DNA of 64,000 nt, taken from assembly GCA_030700025.1 (NCBI GenBank), contig JAUYKI010000010.1, positions 16,648 through 80,647 on the forward strand. Reading direction: 5' to 3'. Under the pieces are notes generated by a model. It saw nothing but the letters and a program-made list of their open reading frames with translations. It made no database searches and was not told the origin of the DNA. Position 1 is the stretch's first letter; every line of letters starts with the position of its first letter. A program made the translations under genes and the position numbers. This document shows, in pieces, positions 37,186 through 47,126 of the stretch. The DNA is from a bacterium. Lineage in GTDB: Bacteria > Patescibacteriota > Minisyncoccia > UBA6257 > 02-FULL-45-10c.

Positions 37186-39234
37186 ATGGACTTACAACGA
37201 AAACAATTTAAAACAGAATTTAACGGAAAACCATTAACTTTGGAGGTTTCCCAATTAGCCGGACAAGCCAATGCCGCGGTAATGGGAACTTACGGCGACA
37301 CCACAGTTTTAGTAACCGCGGTCATGAGCAAAAAGGACAAACCTGGGGATTATTTCCCATTAATGGTCAATTACGAAGAAAAGCACTATGCCGTTGGCAA
37401 AATTTTAGGCAGCCGCTTTATGAAACGCGAAAGCCGGCCTTCGGACGAAGCAGTTTTAACCGGCCGTTTAATCGACCGGACTATCCGTCCGCTTTTTGAT
37501 CAAAGAACCCGCCGGGAAGTCCAGGTGGTAATAACCGTGCTTTCTTACGACGGAGAAAATGATCCGGATTTTATCGGACTTTTAACTTCTTCGGTCGCGC
37601 TGGCCACTTCTTCTATTCCCTGGAACGGCCCGGTAGCCGGAGTACGAATTACCAACGGCGACCAATTAAATACTTTTGTAGCCGGCACCGCCGATAAAAT
37701 CAACATGGTGGAATTTGAAGGCAATGAAGTCGCGGAAAGCGAAGCCGTCCAAGCCTTTACCCAAGCCCAGGTCCAGATTAAAGAATTAGTTTCCTGGCAG
37801 AAAAAAATTATTTCGGAAATTGGAAAGCCGAAATCCGAAATTAAACTCAATGAGCCAAAAGCGGAACTGCTGGCAGCTGCTAAAGATTTCTTAAAAGGAA
37901 GATTGGAAAAAGCGGTTTATAATCCGAGCAAAGCAGCGATGTATGAAAACTTAGATTCGCTTAAAGAAGAATTGAAAACCGCGCTCACGGAAAAAGAATT
38001 TTCCGAAGGCGACATTTCCGCGGTAGACGCTATTTTAGAAGAAGAAGTAAACCAATTAGTACACGAAAAGATATTAAAAGAGGAAAAGCGGCCGGATGGG
38101 CGGAAATTAAACCAGTTGCGCGAATTACACGCCGAAGCCGGAATCTTAAAACGACTTCACGGCTCCGCTTTATTCGTCCGGGGCAACACCCAATCTTTGG
38201 CTGTAACTACTTTAGGCGCTCCCGGAGACCAACAGCTTCTGGAAACCATGGAATTTTCCGGAAAGAAAAGATTCATGCTTCATTATAATTTTCCGCCATT
38301 TTCCACCGGAGAAGTGGGCAGAATGGGCGCTCCGGGCCGGAGAGAAATCGGCCACGGCGCTCTAGCGGAAAAAGCTTTGCGCCCGCTTATTCCGACTCAA
38401 GAAGAATTCCCTTATACCATCCGGGTAGTTTCCGAAATTCTCTCCTCTAATGGATCTTCTTCTATGGCTTCAGTTTGCGCCGGCAGTTTATCTCTGATGG
38501 ATGCCGGAGTGCCGATCCGCCGGCCAGCCGCCGGAATCGCCATGGGATTAATTCTGGATGAATCGGGAAAACAATTTAAGGTTCTCACCGACATCCAAGG
38601 GCCGGAAGACCACCACGGCGATATGGATTTCAAAGCTGCCGGAACGGAAAACGGAGTTACCGCAATCCAAATGGACGTAAAAGTTAACGGCGTTACCGTG
38701 GAAATTTTGGAAAAAACTTTGATACAGGCCAAAGAAGCCCGGCTCCAGATTTTAAAAACTATTACCGGAGCGCTTCCGGCGCCGCGCGCGGAACTTTCTC
38801 CGTTCGCGCCCCGGATTATCACTTGGAAAATTAATCCGGAAAAAATCGGCGAACTCATCGGCCCCGGCGGAAAAAATATCAACGGCATTATTGATGAAAC
38901 CGGCGTAACCGCGATTGATATTGAAGATGACGGCTTGGTGCTGATTACTTCTGTTGATGCCGCGGCCGCGGAAAAAGCTTTAGCCCGCGTTAAAGCTAGC
39001 ACTAAAGAATTCCAAATCGGGGATATTGTTGAAGGCAACATTGTAAAAATTCTGGAATTCGGCGCTATCGTGGAATTTGACGGCCGCGACGGCATGATCC
39101 ACGTTTCCGAACTTAAGGAAGGATTTGTTAAAAAAGTTGAGGACGTGGTTAAGCTGGGAGATTTTGTCCGGGCAAAAATCGTGAAAATGGATAACGGAAA
39201 AATCGGGCTTTCAATAAAACAACTCAACAAATAA
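37186..39234 (+). CDS. pnp: Polyribonucleotide nucleotidyltransferase
   Basis: RLIDRTIRP, RREIGHG, SNGSSSMAS, GDMDFK, KH and S1 domains. Confidence 0.97.
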   Translation: MDLQRKQFKTEFNGKPLTLEVSQLAGQANAAVMGTYGDTTVLVTAVMSKKDKPGDYFPLMVNYEEKHYAVGKILGSRFMKRESRPSDEAVLTGRLIDRTIRPLFDQRTRREVQVVITVLSYDGENDPDFIGLLTSSVALATSSIPWNGPVAGVRITNGDQLNTFVAGTADKINMVEFEGNEVAESEAVQAFTQAQVQIKELVSWQKKIISEIGKPKSEIKLNEPKAELLAAAKDFLKGRLEKAVYNPSKAAMYENLDSLKEELKTALTEKEFSEGDISAVDAILEEEVNQLVHEKILKEEKRPDGRKLNQLRELHAEAGILKRLHGSALFVRGNTQSLAVTTLGAPGDQQLLETMEFSGKKRFMLHYNFPPFSTGEVGRMGAPGRREIGHGALAEKALRPLIPTQEEFPYTIRVVSEILSSNGSSSMASVCAGSLSLMDAGVPIRRPAAGIAMGLILDESGKQFKVLTDIQGPEDHHGDMDFKAAGTENGVTAIQMDVKVNGVTVEILEKTLIQAKEARLQILKTITGALPAPRAELSPFAPRIITWKINPEKIGELIGPGGKNINGIIDETGVTAIDIEDDGLVLITSVDAAAAEKALARVKASTKEFQIGDIVEGNIVKILEFGAIVEFDGRDGMIHVSELKEGFVKKVEDVVKLGDFVRAKIVKMDNGKIGLSIKQLNK

Positions 39235-39366
39235 TCCCTCACCCTTGCGAAAGCTAACCCCGCCTTAAGGCGGGGTTTTTGCTTCAACAAAAAATAATTG
39301 CGCTAAAAATTACGATTTCTAATTAAATTATGGATTATATAATAATACTTTCGCAAAGGTGAGGGA
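39235..39366. mobile_element. TCCCTCAC-family element right after the pnp stop, containing a terminator hairpin
   Basis: TCCCTCACCCTTGCGAAAG...CTTTCGCAAAGGTGAGGGA; internal CCCCGCC/GGCGGGG-TTTTT. Confidence 0.78.
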
Positions 39367-39412
39367 TTTTGTTTTCCACCATTCCGTTGTTCCCATATGA
39401 TATACTAAAAAT

Positions 39413-40648
39413 ATGGACGATAAACTTCAGGGAAATCAATTGCCGGCTAATCTGCCGATGACGATAGAGCCGGAAACTCCTAAACCATTAACCAATCAAC
39501 CCCAATCCGGCGGATTTTCCCGGCCTACGCCTCCGTCTTTGCCCGCTGAACCGCGTCCGCGAGAAAGCATAGCGCTTCCGCCTTTGCCCGTCCGAAGTCC
39601 CGCAATACAAGACGAAGAAGGGCGCTTCCCAAGGCCAATGACCCCTCCAACTCCGCCTCGACCGGTTTCTTTCACTCCGCCAATGCCGACAATGCCTTCC
39701 CGGCCAATACCCACACCGCCATTGCCCGTCCATAACTTTAGTGAAAGAGGGCTTCCGCCTAAATCTAATTCATCCGACATTTCCGTCCGAACTTTGCAAT
39801 CCGATTTAGAAGCTCTGAAAAAATCTCCAGCCGCTGTGCCAACGCCAAGACCCATTGTTCCGGCATCCGGAACGAGCCCAATTAAAGTAGAAGCGCCAAA
39901 AGCAAAATCCAAATTATTATTCATAATCATAGGGGTTTTAGTTTTGGGTGTTATTGTAGCGCTCGCCGGTTATTTTATAATTTTCCCGTATTTCTTCCCG
40001 ACCCAAACTCCGCCGCCGCCAATCACTAATGTTCCGGCCGCCAATTTAACTCCCTCCGCTCCAACCACTCCGTCTGGAAGCCAAACCGCGCCGCATCAAT
40101 CGCTTTTGACAGCGCCGGCAAATTCCCAAGCTCCGATAACTTTGGCGGGCCTGGATTCTTTCAGCGTTCAGCAAAATTTATTTTCTGAAGCCAGCAACCG
40201 GCCGGCCGGAAATGATATTCTAAAAGAAGTAGTTATTTCTAATGCTAACGGCCAAGTGGCTTTTGCGGATTTCTTCCCGCTTTTCTTGCCTGAATTCACC
40301 AATGCCCAATTAAATACTCTTTTTGAAAATGATTTCACCGTTTTAATGTATTATGACGCCAATGGTTTTTGGCCGATCTATGTTTCTAAATTAAAATCCG
40401 GCGCGGATCTGGCTTCGGCCAAAAATTTAATCAAAGGATTGGAAACTTCTTCCAATTTAACCAATCTTTATCTGGAAACTCCGGGAACTCCAACGGGAAG
40501 TTTCAAATCCGGATCCATTAGCGGTATTGCCACCCGCTATCTGCCATATTCCAAAACCGGCGCTTCGCTGAACTATGCCTGGGTTGGGGATAAACTGGTA
40601 ATAACTACTTCTTTCAACGGGCTTAAAAGGGTTCTGCCTGCCCTATAA
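39413..40648 (+). CDS. Proline-rich single-TM hypothetical protein
   Basis: Pro-rich N-terminus, VRTLQSD motif, TM, extracytoplasmic domain. Confidence 0.75.
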   Translation: MDDKLQGNQLPANLPMTIEPETPKPLTNQPQSGGFSRPTPPSLPAEPRPRESIALPPLPVRSPAIQDEEGRFPRPMTPPTPPRPVSFTPPMPTMPSRPIPTPPLPVHNFSERGLPPKSNSSDISVRTLQSDLEALKKSPAAVPTPRPIVPASGTSPIKVEAPKAKSKLLFIIIGVLVLGVIVALAGYFIIFPYFFPTQTPPPPITNVPAANLTPSAPTTPSGSQTAPHQSLLTAPANSQAPITLAGLDSFSVQQNLFSEASNRPAGNDILKEVVISNANGQVAFADFFPLFLPEFTNAQLNTLFENDFTVLMYYDANGFWPIYVSKLKSGADLASAKNLIKGLETSSNLTNLYLETPGTPTGSFKSGSISGIATRYLPYSKTGASLNYAWVGDKLVITTSFNGLKRVLPAL

Positions 40649-40967
40649 ACTAAGCTCAGCCGTACCACATCTCCTCTACCGCTCAAACTCCCGGCGAGAA
40701 TTTTCACTGGGTCTCGGGCTTCGCTCTTTCTACCTATTGGCGGAAAGCCCTGCCCGCTCAGCCTTCAGCCCGTGCTACGGAGAATAAGGCTTTCTCGCTT
40801 AAATATTACGCGGGTATCGGAAGCAAGAATATTTTGCCTCTAAAAAATAAAGGTCTATCTTTTTCGGCCTTGATTAGACGGATTTAATAGCCTAGTCTAA
40901 GCAGTTGGAAAAAATCATTAACGCTTCCATTTGTATTATTTTTTTCTTGCATATGCTATAATAGTTA

Positions 40968-41142
40968 TATAAATCAGTATTTTAAAAAATAGAGGATTGG
41001 AAACCCTCTTATAAGTACCTCTGGCAGTAAACCTGCCCTTACTTCAGCGTAGGGATTCCCTAAAAAGTTTCCATACGCCAAAAGCGTATTCCCGTAAAAA
41101 GGAGGTACGCCCTACGTTGAAGCAAGTGCAGGTTTTTTGTTT
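40968..41142 (+). ncRNA. Candidate structured small RNA A
   Basis: TGCTATAAT upstream; long stem AACCTGC..CTTCAGCGTAGGG / CCCTACGTTGAAG..GCAGGTT followed by a T-tract. Confidence 0.4.
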
Positions 41143-41147
41143 GAAAT

Positions 41148-41313
41148 AAAAAAACACCCCTTTTCAGGGGCGGTAGTAGGAAGATAGTGGAGCGGTTAAC
41201 TCTGGGGATTTATATAGTCCCCCAAAGGATTTTAGCTAAATCCTTAGACGTATTACGTAATACGCATTTATCTATCAATCTATTAGTGCTTCTGGGAAAG
41301 GGTGTTTTTTGAT
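41148..41313 (-). ncRNA. Candidate structured small RNA B
   Basis: TTGACT-17-TAGAAT promoter on the minus strand; closing stem AAAAAACACCC/GGGTGTTTTTT with internal hairpins. Confidence 0.45.
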
Positions 41314-41421
41314 TAACTTATATTCTATTCTAAAAGAATTTTCAAGTCAATACCAACCGCTTGATATACTACTTTTATAGTATCACAATCCTTAACGGCA
41401 CTGTTAATAAGTTGTTAATAC

Positions 41422-41631
41422 TTATTTAGTGTATTTTCCTAAATCTTTTTGAATTTTTTTCTCTTGAGCTTCTATTTCAAATTGAATTTCTTCTCCATTA
41501 ACTCATAATTCCCATAAACTCCAGTTCCCAACGGACCATCTCTTGAGATAACGTCTATAAACATTTCCGTCATCGCAAACCACATATTCAAAATCGCCAT
41601 TTTTACTTCTAAAGAAATTTATTATTTTCAT
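41422..41631 (-). pseudogene. Small ORF with one in-frame TGA (41503-41505)
   Basis: MKIINFF...WEL*VNGEEIQ...KYTK*. Confidence 0.4.
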
Positions 41632-41660
41632 AATTTTATTATGACAAATTATTCTTTTAA

Positions 41661-42149
41661 TTAAAAACTTAATCTATCTTTAATAAAGTTTAAAAATGGT
41701 TGCCAAATAGGGCTTGTAATAATTGTTCCGATTATAGTAAGTAAAACAATTTTTAAATCTCCAAATTCCTCTGGAAGATATTTAAAATAAAAATATGATT
41801 TTCTTAGAAGCTTCTTGCCCTTACTAGTTAAATATAAATACTGTCCAGTAACTATTTTAACCCCATCTTCGTCTGAAGAAGTGAGGGCGCCATTAGTTTC
41901 CGTAACTCTTTCTATTAAATATCCATCTTCTAAGCATTCGTCTACTAAATATCTTATCTTTTTCCATTCTTCTCTATTAGTTTCTAAAATTTTTCTTATA
42001 TCTAGTCCGTATTTCTTTTTACCAACATACGCAAAAAAATTTCCTCTTTCAACACCCTCTTTGATGGCATCAATTTTTGTTTGATGCCCCAATTCGGGAG
42101 AAGAATGATAATCTCGTAAATAACTGACTATTTCTCTTTCTTCCCACAT
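41661..42149 (-). CDS. Hypothetical winged-helix-like protein with C-terminal TM, AT-rich
   Basis: LEDGYL...YLTSKGK pattern. Confidence 0.6.
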   Translation of the reverse strand: MWEEREIVSYLRDYHSSPELGHQTKIDAIKEGVERGNFFAYVGKKKYGLDIRKILETNREEWKKIRYLVDECLEDGYLIERVTETNGALTSSDEDGVKIVTGQYLYLTSKGKKLLRKSYFYFKYLPEEFGDLKIVLLTIIGTIITSPIWQPFLNFIKDRLSF

Positions 42150-42227
42150 ACGCCTTATTTTACTCCAAAATACGCTTTTTTCAATTTTTTAGTATTAGTA
42201 TTCGCTTGTTTTTTAAGAAATAGGTAC

Positions 42228-43769
42228 CTAACTATTCTCCCGCAAACGATACTGGAACGCCTCGGCTAAATGCCCGGCGGTTATATTTTTGGCTTCTTCC
42301 AGGTCCGCGATAGTCTGGGCGGTTTTTAAAACGCGGTAATAACTGCGCGCGGATAAAAGCGATTTTTCAAACATATCTTTTACAAAATTATCCGCTTCTT
42401 TATCCAATTTAATAATTTCATCACAGGCCTTAGAACTCATTTCCGAATTGGTGAAAAACGGCAGGCCTAGTTTTTTAAAACGTTCCCGCTGAGCTTCTCT
42501 GGCTTGAATAATTTTTTTCCGCATTACATCCGCTGATTTCACGTCCCGGTTTTTATTCTGCAATTCTTCCACTTTTACCCGCGGGACATTAATCTGTAAA
42601 TCAATCCGGTCCAACAACGGCCCGGAAATTTTCTTTTGATAGCGGAACACCTCAAACGCCGAACAACGGCATTCTTTTTCCGGATCGCCGTAATAACCGC
42701 ACGGGCAGGGGTTCATAGCCGCTACCAGCATAAATTGCGCTGGAAAAGTTAAGTGTCCCTTAGCGCGCGAAACTAAAACTTTTCCGCTTTCAATCGGCTG
42801 GCGAAGCGCTTCCAGCAAATCCCGCCGAAATTCCGGCAATTCGTCCAGAAATAAAACTCCACGATGCGCCAAGCTGATTTCTCCCGGACGGGGATTTTGC
42901 CCGCCGCCGATTATCGCCGGAAGCGACGCGGTTTGGTGCGGCGCCCGGAACGGACGCCAATTAATAAAATAATTTTTCTCCAGCATTCCGGCGGCGCTGT
43001 ACACCTTGGTAATTTCCAAAATTTCTTCTTCGCCGGGCGCCGGTAAAATGGAATTCAGCGCTTGCGCCAGCATGGATTTTCCCGCTCCCGGACTGCCCTG
43101 CATTAAAAGATTATGCCCGCCGGCCGCGGCAATCATTAAAGCCCGCTTGGCATTTTCCTGGCCTTTAATATCCGCGATATCCACCATAGAATGCTCGGAA
43201 GATAATGACGGCTGGATTGGAGTTCTTGGCTGGTGGGCGATTACATTCCGATTTTCCAAATGGTTGATAATTTCTAAAAGATTATTAACCGGAATAACTT
43301 TTACTTTATCCGCCATCGCCGCTTCCACCGCGTTTTCTTTGGGAACAAATAATTCGGCAAAGCCCTCCTCTTTTGCCATCTGGGAAATATTTAAAACTCC
43401 GCTTACCGGACGAAGCGCTCCGTCCAGCGCCAGTTCGCCGATAAAAAGTTTAGTGGCGCTTTCAAAATCTTTAATTTGCTTGGTCGCCAAAAGATAACCG
43501 ACGGCGATTGCTAAATCGTAATGCGATCCGGTTTTTTTCAAATCTGCCGGCGCGAGATTAACCACGATTTTCCGATTTTCTTTAGATGGCGGTTTTACAC
43601 CGCTATTTTTTAAAGCCGAGCTGACCCGCTCTTTGGCTTCCGAAAGCGATTTATCCGCCAATCCGACAATATTAAAACTATGGAGACCGACATTTATGTC
43701 GGTCTCCACTTCAATTAAATTCGCTTCAATTCCGTCAATTGAAGCCGAGAAGACCTTAGATAGGTTCAT
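42228..43769 (-). CDS. comM: YifB/ComM Mg-chelatase-like AAA+ ATPase
   Basis: IGELALDG, GGHNLL.GSPGAGKS, GVLFLDE, AMNPCPCG, SARSY. Confidence 0.93.
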   Translation of the reverse strand: MNLSKVFSASIDGIEANLIEVETDINVGLHSFNIVGLADKSLSEAKERVSSALKNSGVKPPSKENRKIVVNLAPADLKKTGSHYDLAIAVGYLLATKQIKDFESATKLFIGELALDGALRPVSGVLNISQMAKEEGFAELFVPKENAVEAAMADKVKVIPVNNLLEIINHLENRNVIAHQPRTPIQPSLSSEHSMVDIADIKGQENAKRALMIAAAGGHNLLMQGSPGAGKSMLAQALNSILPAPGEEEILEITKVYSAAGMLEKNYFINWRPFRAPHQTASLPAIIGGGQNPRPGEISLAHRGVLFLDELPEFRRDLLEALRQPIESGKVLVSRAKGHLTFPAQFMLVAAMNPCPCGYYGDPEKECRCSAFEVFRYQKKISGPLLDRIDLQINVPRVKVEELQNKNRDVKSADVMRKKIIQAREAQRERFKKLGLPFFTNSEMSSKACDEIIKLDKEADNFVKDMFEKSLLSARSYYRVLKTAQTIADLEEAKNITAGHLAEAFQYRLRENS

Positions 43770-43854
43770 TCCTAATATATTAGAGGCAAAAGAATTAAAA
43801 ATCAATAATCAAAAAATAAAGCCCCGCAAGGCGGGGCAATATTTTAGTTCTTAG

Positions 43855-44190
43855 TTATTTATTTTTACAGTCCTTGCAAAAGCGGGACTCCGGATTTACC
43901 CGCAGAACCTCCATCGAAATTTCCATGCTGCACTTCTCACATTTACCATAATTTCCCCGGACAATTTTTTCTATCGCGTTTTCTACGTCGCCCAGCCGTT
44001 CCTTTAAAGCTTGCTGAACACCCAACTGCAATCCTTCTTCTTCAGCTTCGTCCGCTTCTTCTTCAAATACTCCGCCTTCCGTGTCACTGCCAAAATCCGG
44101 AGACTTTTTGGCGTCTTTTATTTCCACCTCCAGCTCACCAGCGGTTTTTTCTAATTGTTCTTTTAAATCTTGTAATATTTTTGAGTCCAT
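43855..44190 (-). CDS. DksA/TraR C4-type zinc finger protein
   Basis: EEADEAE, YGKCEKC...NPESRFCKDC. Confidence 0.85.
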   Translation of the reverse strand: MDSKILQDLKEQLEKTAGELEVEIKDAKKSPDFGSDTEGGVFEEEADEAEEEGLQLGVQQALKERLGDVENAIEKIVRGNYGKCEKCSMEISMEVLRVNPESRFCKDCKNK

Positions 44191-44307
44191 AAATAAAATG
44201 TTACTACACCTGCTCGATTTAGCAAGCCACTTTACAAATAAATAGCTTCGTGGTACAATACGCGCAGTTCTCTAAAACTGAATTAAAACTGTCTGAAGGA
44301 GGCAACC

Positions 44308-44934
44308 ATGGCCCAGCGATTCTATCCGCTTTTGGAAGAAGCTCTGGAAGTTGGTTTGGAAACAACGGTTCTCGCCGAAGACGCAAATGGCATCAGCTTG
44401 CCGGAGGGATTTCTGGTTCGGAATCCCAATGACCGGGGAAATAAGCCAAACGCGAAAACTGTTTCTCTGACCCATCCAGGTACGGTGATCCATCACGTTC
44501 CGAACGTAATGGCCGAACTGCTAATTCCGACAACCGAAGCCCAAATTTTGCGGGTAATTCATTTCCATCACATTCCTCCGGGAATCAAAATCCAATTTCA
44601 AAGATTAAATTTCCGGCAGTCGCCGAATCGCGACTTCACGGGATTGATTTGCGGAAGATCCGGAGAAGCGCAAGCTTTTCCAATCCGCCAGCGGGATAAC
44701 AGTCCCTATGCGAATCTGGATTTCTTTTCCAAAACTAAAGAATGGAATCCGCTTTTCGTGAAATACCGGCGGCAAACGCCGCTTAAAGACGCGGAGTTCG
44801 GTTATTTGGAAATTCAGGCGGGAAGAATTCCGCCGAAAATGAAAAATACCGAGGATTCGTATGTCATTGTGGCGCGAGTCCCGGAATCTGCGGTTCCGGA
44901 ATTTCTGCGAACGGCTCAAACTTTTCCAAAATAA
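44308..44934 (+). CDS. Hypothetical protein
   Basis: AAGGAGG SD; upstream TACAAT -10 box. Confidence 0.7.
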   Translation: MAQRFYPLLEEALEVGLETTVLAEDANGISLPEGFLVRNPNDRGNKPNAKTVSLTHPGTVIHHVPNVMAELLIPTTEAQILRVIHFHHIPPGIKIQFQRLNFRQSPNRDFTGLICGRSGEAQAFPIRQRDNSPYANLDFFSKTKEWNPLFVKYRRQTPLKDAEFGYLEIQAGRIPPKMKNTEDSYVIVARVPESAVPEFLRTAQTFPK

Positions 44935-45100
44935 TTCTGGATGGTGTCCCACGCCAAACTCATTCTTATTTGTTTGGCGTGGGGCTTGACAACGGCTTCG
45001 TTCTATGGTAGTATTTACCATAGACCTTTGAAGCTGGGGAATCCGAAAGGAAACCCCAAAACCAAGCCCCTGTGGGCAATTCCCAAGGAGGACAACGACC

Positions 45101-45871
45101 ATGGAACGATTGACGCCGGAACAGAAGGATCAGAAGTACGGACCGGTCGCGCAGCTGTGCATCGCGGCGTGCCGGGCGCACGGAGAGATCCACAAGGCCA
45201 ACGGCAAGAACAAGGAGAAGCCGGGAACGGTTTCTCCCGAGACGATTCAGGAGCTGGTGACCGGGGCCCGGGCGGCTGACGAAGCCATTCGGAACGCCAC
45301 GGCCAGCTACACGCAGGACGACATTCGGCTGATGGCTGCCTACCTCGAGCAGGCGGTGGTGCGCGTTGCGCTCACCCCCGGCGAGAGCGGCGGACTGACG
45401 TTCGATGTCGGCGTGGCTCGCGGGGTGGTGAATGCCATCCAGAGCCTGCGCCACATGCCTGGGGTGGCGGAGAACTTCGTTCGCTACCACCTCCAGCGGA
45501 CTGGGACGTTCCTGGATCTGTGCGACGTGACCGGTTCCGTGCCGAAGTACGGCATGAACACCGCGAGCGTTCGCTACAGTCTGGAACGGCTCGCCAGCAA
45601 GATCGCCGAGGCTCGCAAGAGCTACGAGACGGCCAAGACTGAGGGTCGGCTTCTCGAGGCGGGAAACCTGGGTGTCGCGGTCGCGAATCTGAACGGGCTC
45701 AACAGCCGGGCCAGCTCGCTCTTCGAGCGGTGGCTCACTGAGCGGCAGCCGGCCACGGCCAACGCTTCCATCGGGGAGCAGGTCGGACCGGAAGTGCAGT
45801 CGGCGGTGGCGGTGGCGGAGACGACTCCGACGCCCGCTCCGGCACGGCGGCCCGCGCGTTCGCGTCGGTAA
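45101..45871 (+). CDS. Hypothetical protein, GC-rich
   Basis: AAGGAGG SD; TTGACA promoter at about 44986; terminator hairpin at about 45905-45955. Confidence 0.75.
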   Translation: MERLTPEQKDQKYGPVAQLCIAACRAHGEIHKANGKNKEKPGTVSPETIQELVTGARAADEAIRNATASYTQDDIRLMAAYLEQAVVRVALTPGESGGLTFDVGVARGVVNAIQSLRHMPGVAENFVRYHLQRTGTFLDLCDVTGSVPKYGMNTASVRYSLERLASKIAEARKSYETAKTEGRLLEAGNLGVAVANLNGLNSRASSLFERWLTERQPATANASIGEQVGPEVQSAVAVAETTPTPAPARRPARSRR

Positions 45872-45962
45872 TCCTTCGGTCATCTCAGGCCGAGGGCAGT
45901 AACTGAGTTCCGGGAGCTCACACATTCGAAAGAATGTGTGAGCCCCGGGCTCACATTTTTTT

Positions 45963-45998
45963 GTATGCGAATGCCTTAACGAATAGGCACATACGAAT
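45963..45998. repeat. Inverted partial copy of the TACTAAT/ATTCGTAT element core
   Basis: GTATGCGAATGCCTTAACGAATAGGCACATACGAAT is the reverse complement of the core. Confidence 0.8.
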
Positions 45999-46005
45999 TT
46001 TTATA

Positions 46006-46081
46006 GAATTTATTTTTCACTCTTAGAATCTCTTTTTAATAATTGGATTCAGCCTCAAACTAAGAGTGAAAAATAAGTTCT
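46006..46081. repeat. 22-bp inverted-repeat element
   Basis: AGAATTTATTTTTCACTCTTAG ... CTAAGAGTGAAAAATAAGTTCT. Confidence 0.6.
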
Positions 46082-46200
46082 TTAAGAAAAGCAATATCTG
46101 TACCAATATTTTTTACTAAAAATTATTTTGGGGAAATATTGGTGCAGAGATTGCACAAACTTGTGTCCGCAAGGCCACAAAATACAGGAAGGAGATACAG

Positions 46201-46992
46201 ATGATGAATCGACCGCCTCGACCGGATGATTTTCTCCGAGCGATTTCCATGCCTACGGCGCGCATTCCGGATCCGACCAAGGACTTCGGCATGTACGGCC
46301 GGATGGATGGAGCTTTTCAGGGAATTCACGAGTACCTGGATAGCCTCCGCAGCAGATACGGGCGGGTGGGCTATTCCGGCCAGAACCTGATGAGCGACCT
46401 GACCAAGGATTTCATCACCGCGGTTCAACACGGAGATGACGAAGAGGCAGCTCACATTCAGGTCGGCATTCGCCAGCTCAGCGCTGGTTTCGAGGAATCG
46501 GTCCAGGATGGCGCTCTGCCGGAAAGCCCGAATAACTTCAGCCGTACCATGTGGCAAGAGCACATGGAGGCCGAACTCTTTGGGAGGATCTGGCCCGTCA
46601 TCAACGGAAAGTCGGAAACCGTTCCCGAACTCACGAACTGGAAGGACTTCAAGGGAAACGTGCAGGCCTACCTGTATGGCTACCTGGATGTCGTCAGCGA
46701 GCTGGGCAAGTCGGTGACCGACGAACTGGCGAAGCCCGACATCACGACGGAGTACGAGTTCGCGGTTTTCGAGCGCTTTCTCGCCATCGCGGATTCGATC
46801 ACGCTTCGGCTTTCAGCCGAACGGCACATTCCGAATTACGTCATCAGCAACGGCTATGGCCGCTGGATGGCGTTCTCCAACAAGCTCCGGACTGCCTATG
46901 GCACCATCGCTCATGTTCGCCGCGAGTACAGCCTGCGGCGCAGCATGCAACGCATGATCCAGAACTCAGTCAAGTCCACCCAGACGGCCTAA
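46201..46992 (+). CDS. Translin/TRAX-like protein
   Basis: QEHMEA and AYLYGYLDVVSEL resemble translin QExxEA and YLxGLxDxxGEL motifs. Confidence 0.7.
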   Translation: MMNRPPRPDDFLRAISMPTARIPDPTKDFGMYGRMDGAFQGIHEYLDSLRSRYGRVGYSGQNLMSDLTKDFITAVQHGDDEEAAHIQVGIRQLSAGFEESVQDGALPESPNNFSRTMWQEHMEAELFGRIWPVINGKSETVPELTNWKDFKGNVQAYLYGYLDVVSELGKSVTDELAKPDITTEYEFAVFERFLAIADSITLRLSAERHIPNYVISNGYGRWMAFSNKLRTAYGTIAHVRREYSLRRSMQRMIQNSVKSTQTA

Positions 46993-47126
46993 GTAAGCCG
47001 GTCTGGAACCCCGTTACGGAAACGTAGCGGGGTTTTTTCTTTTATGTTTTCATATCGTGTATAAAATTGATTATCTACTAACGTGACGGTCGTCTAGTTA
47101 GTAGATAAAGTAAAATAAGAAATAAA

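Noticed and set aside
38412-39290. 292-aa minus-strand ORF
   Set aside because: Antisense shadow of pnp; the same applies to shadows of ftsH, recG, hppA, cca and aceAB.
44966-45925. 319-aa minus-strand ORF
   Set aside because: Shadow of the GC-rich plus-strand gene, which has the SD, promoter and terminator.
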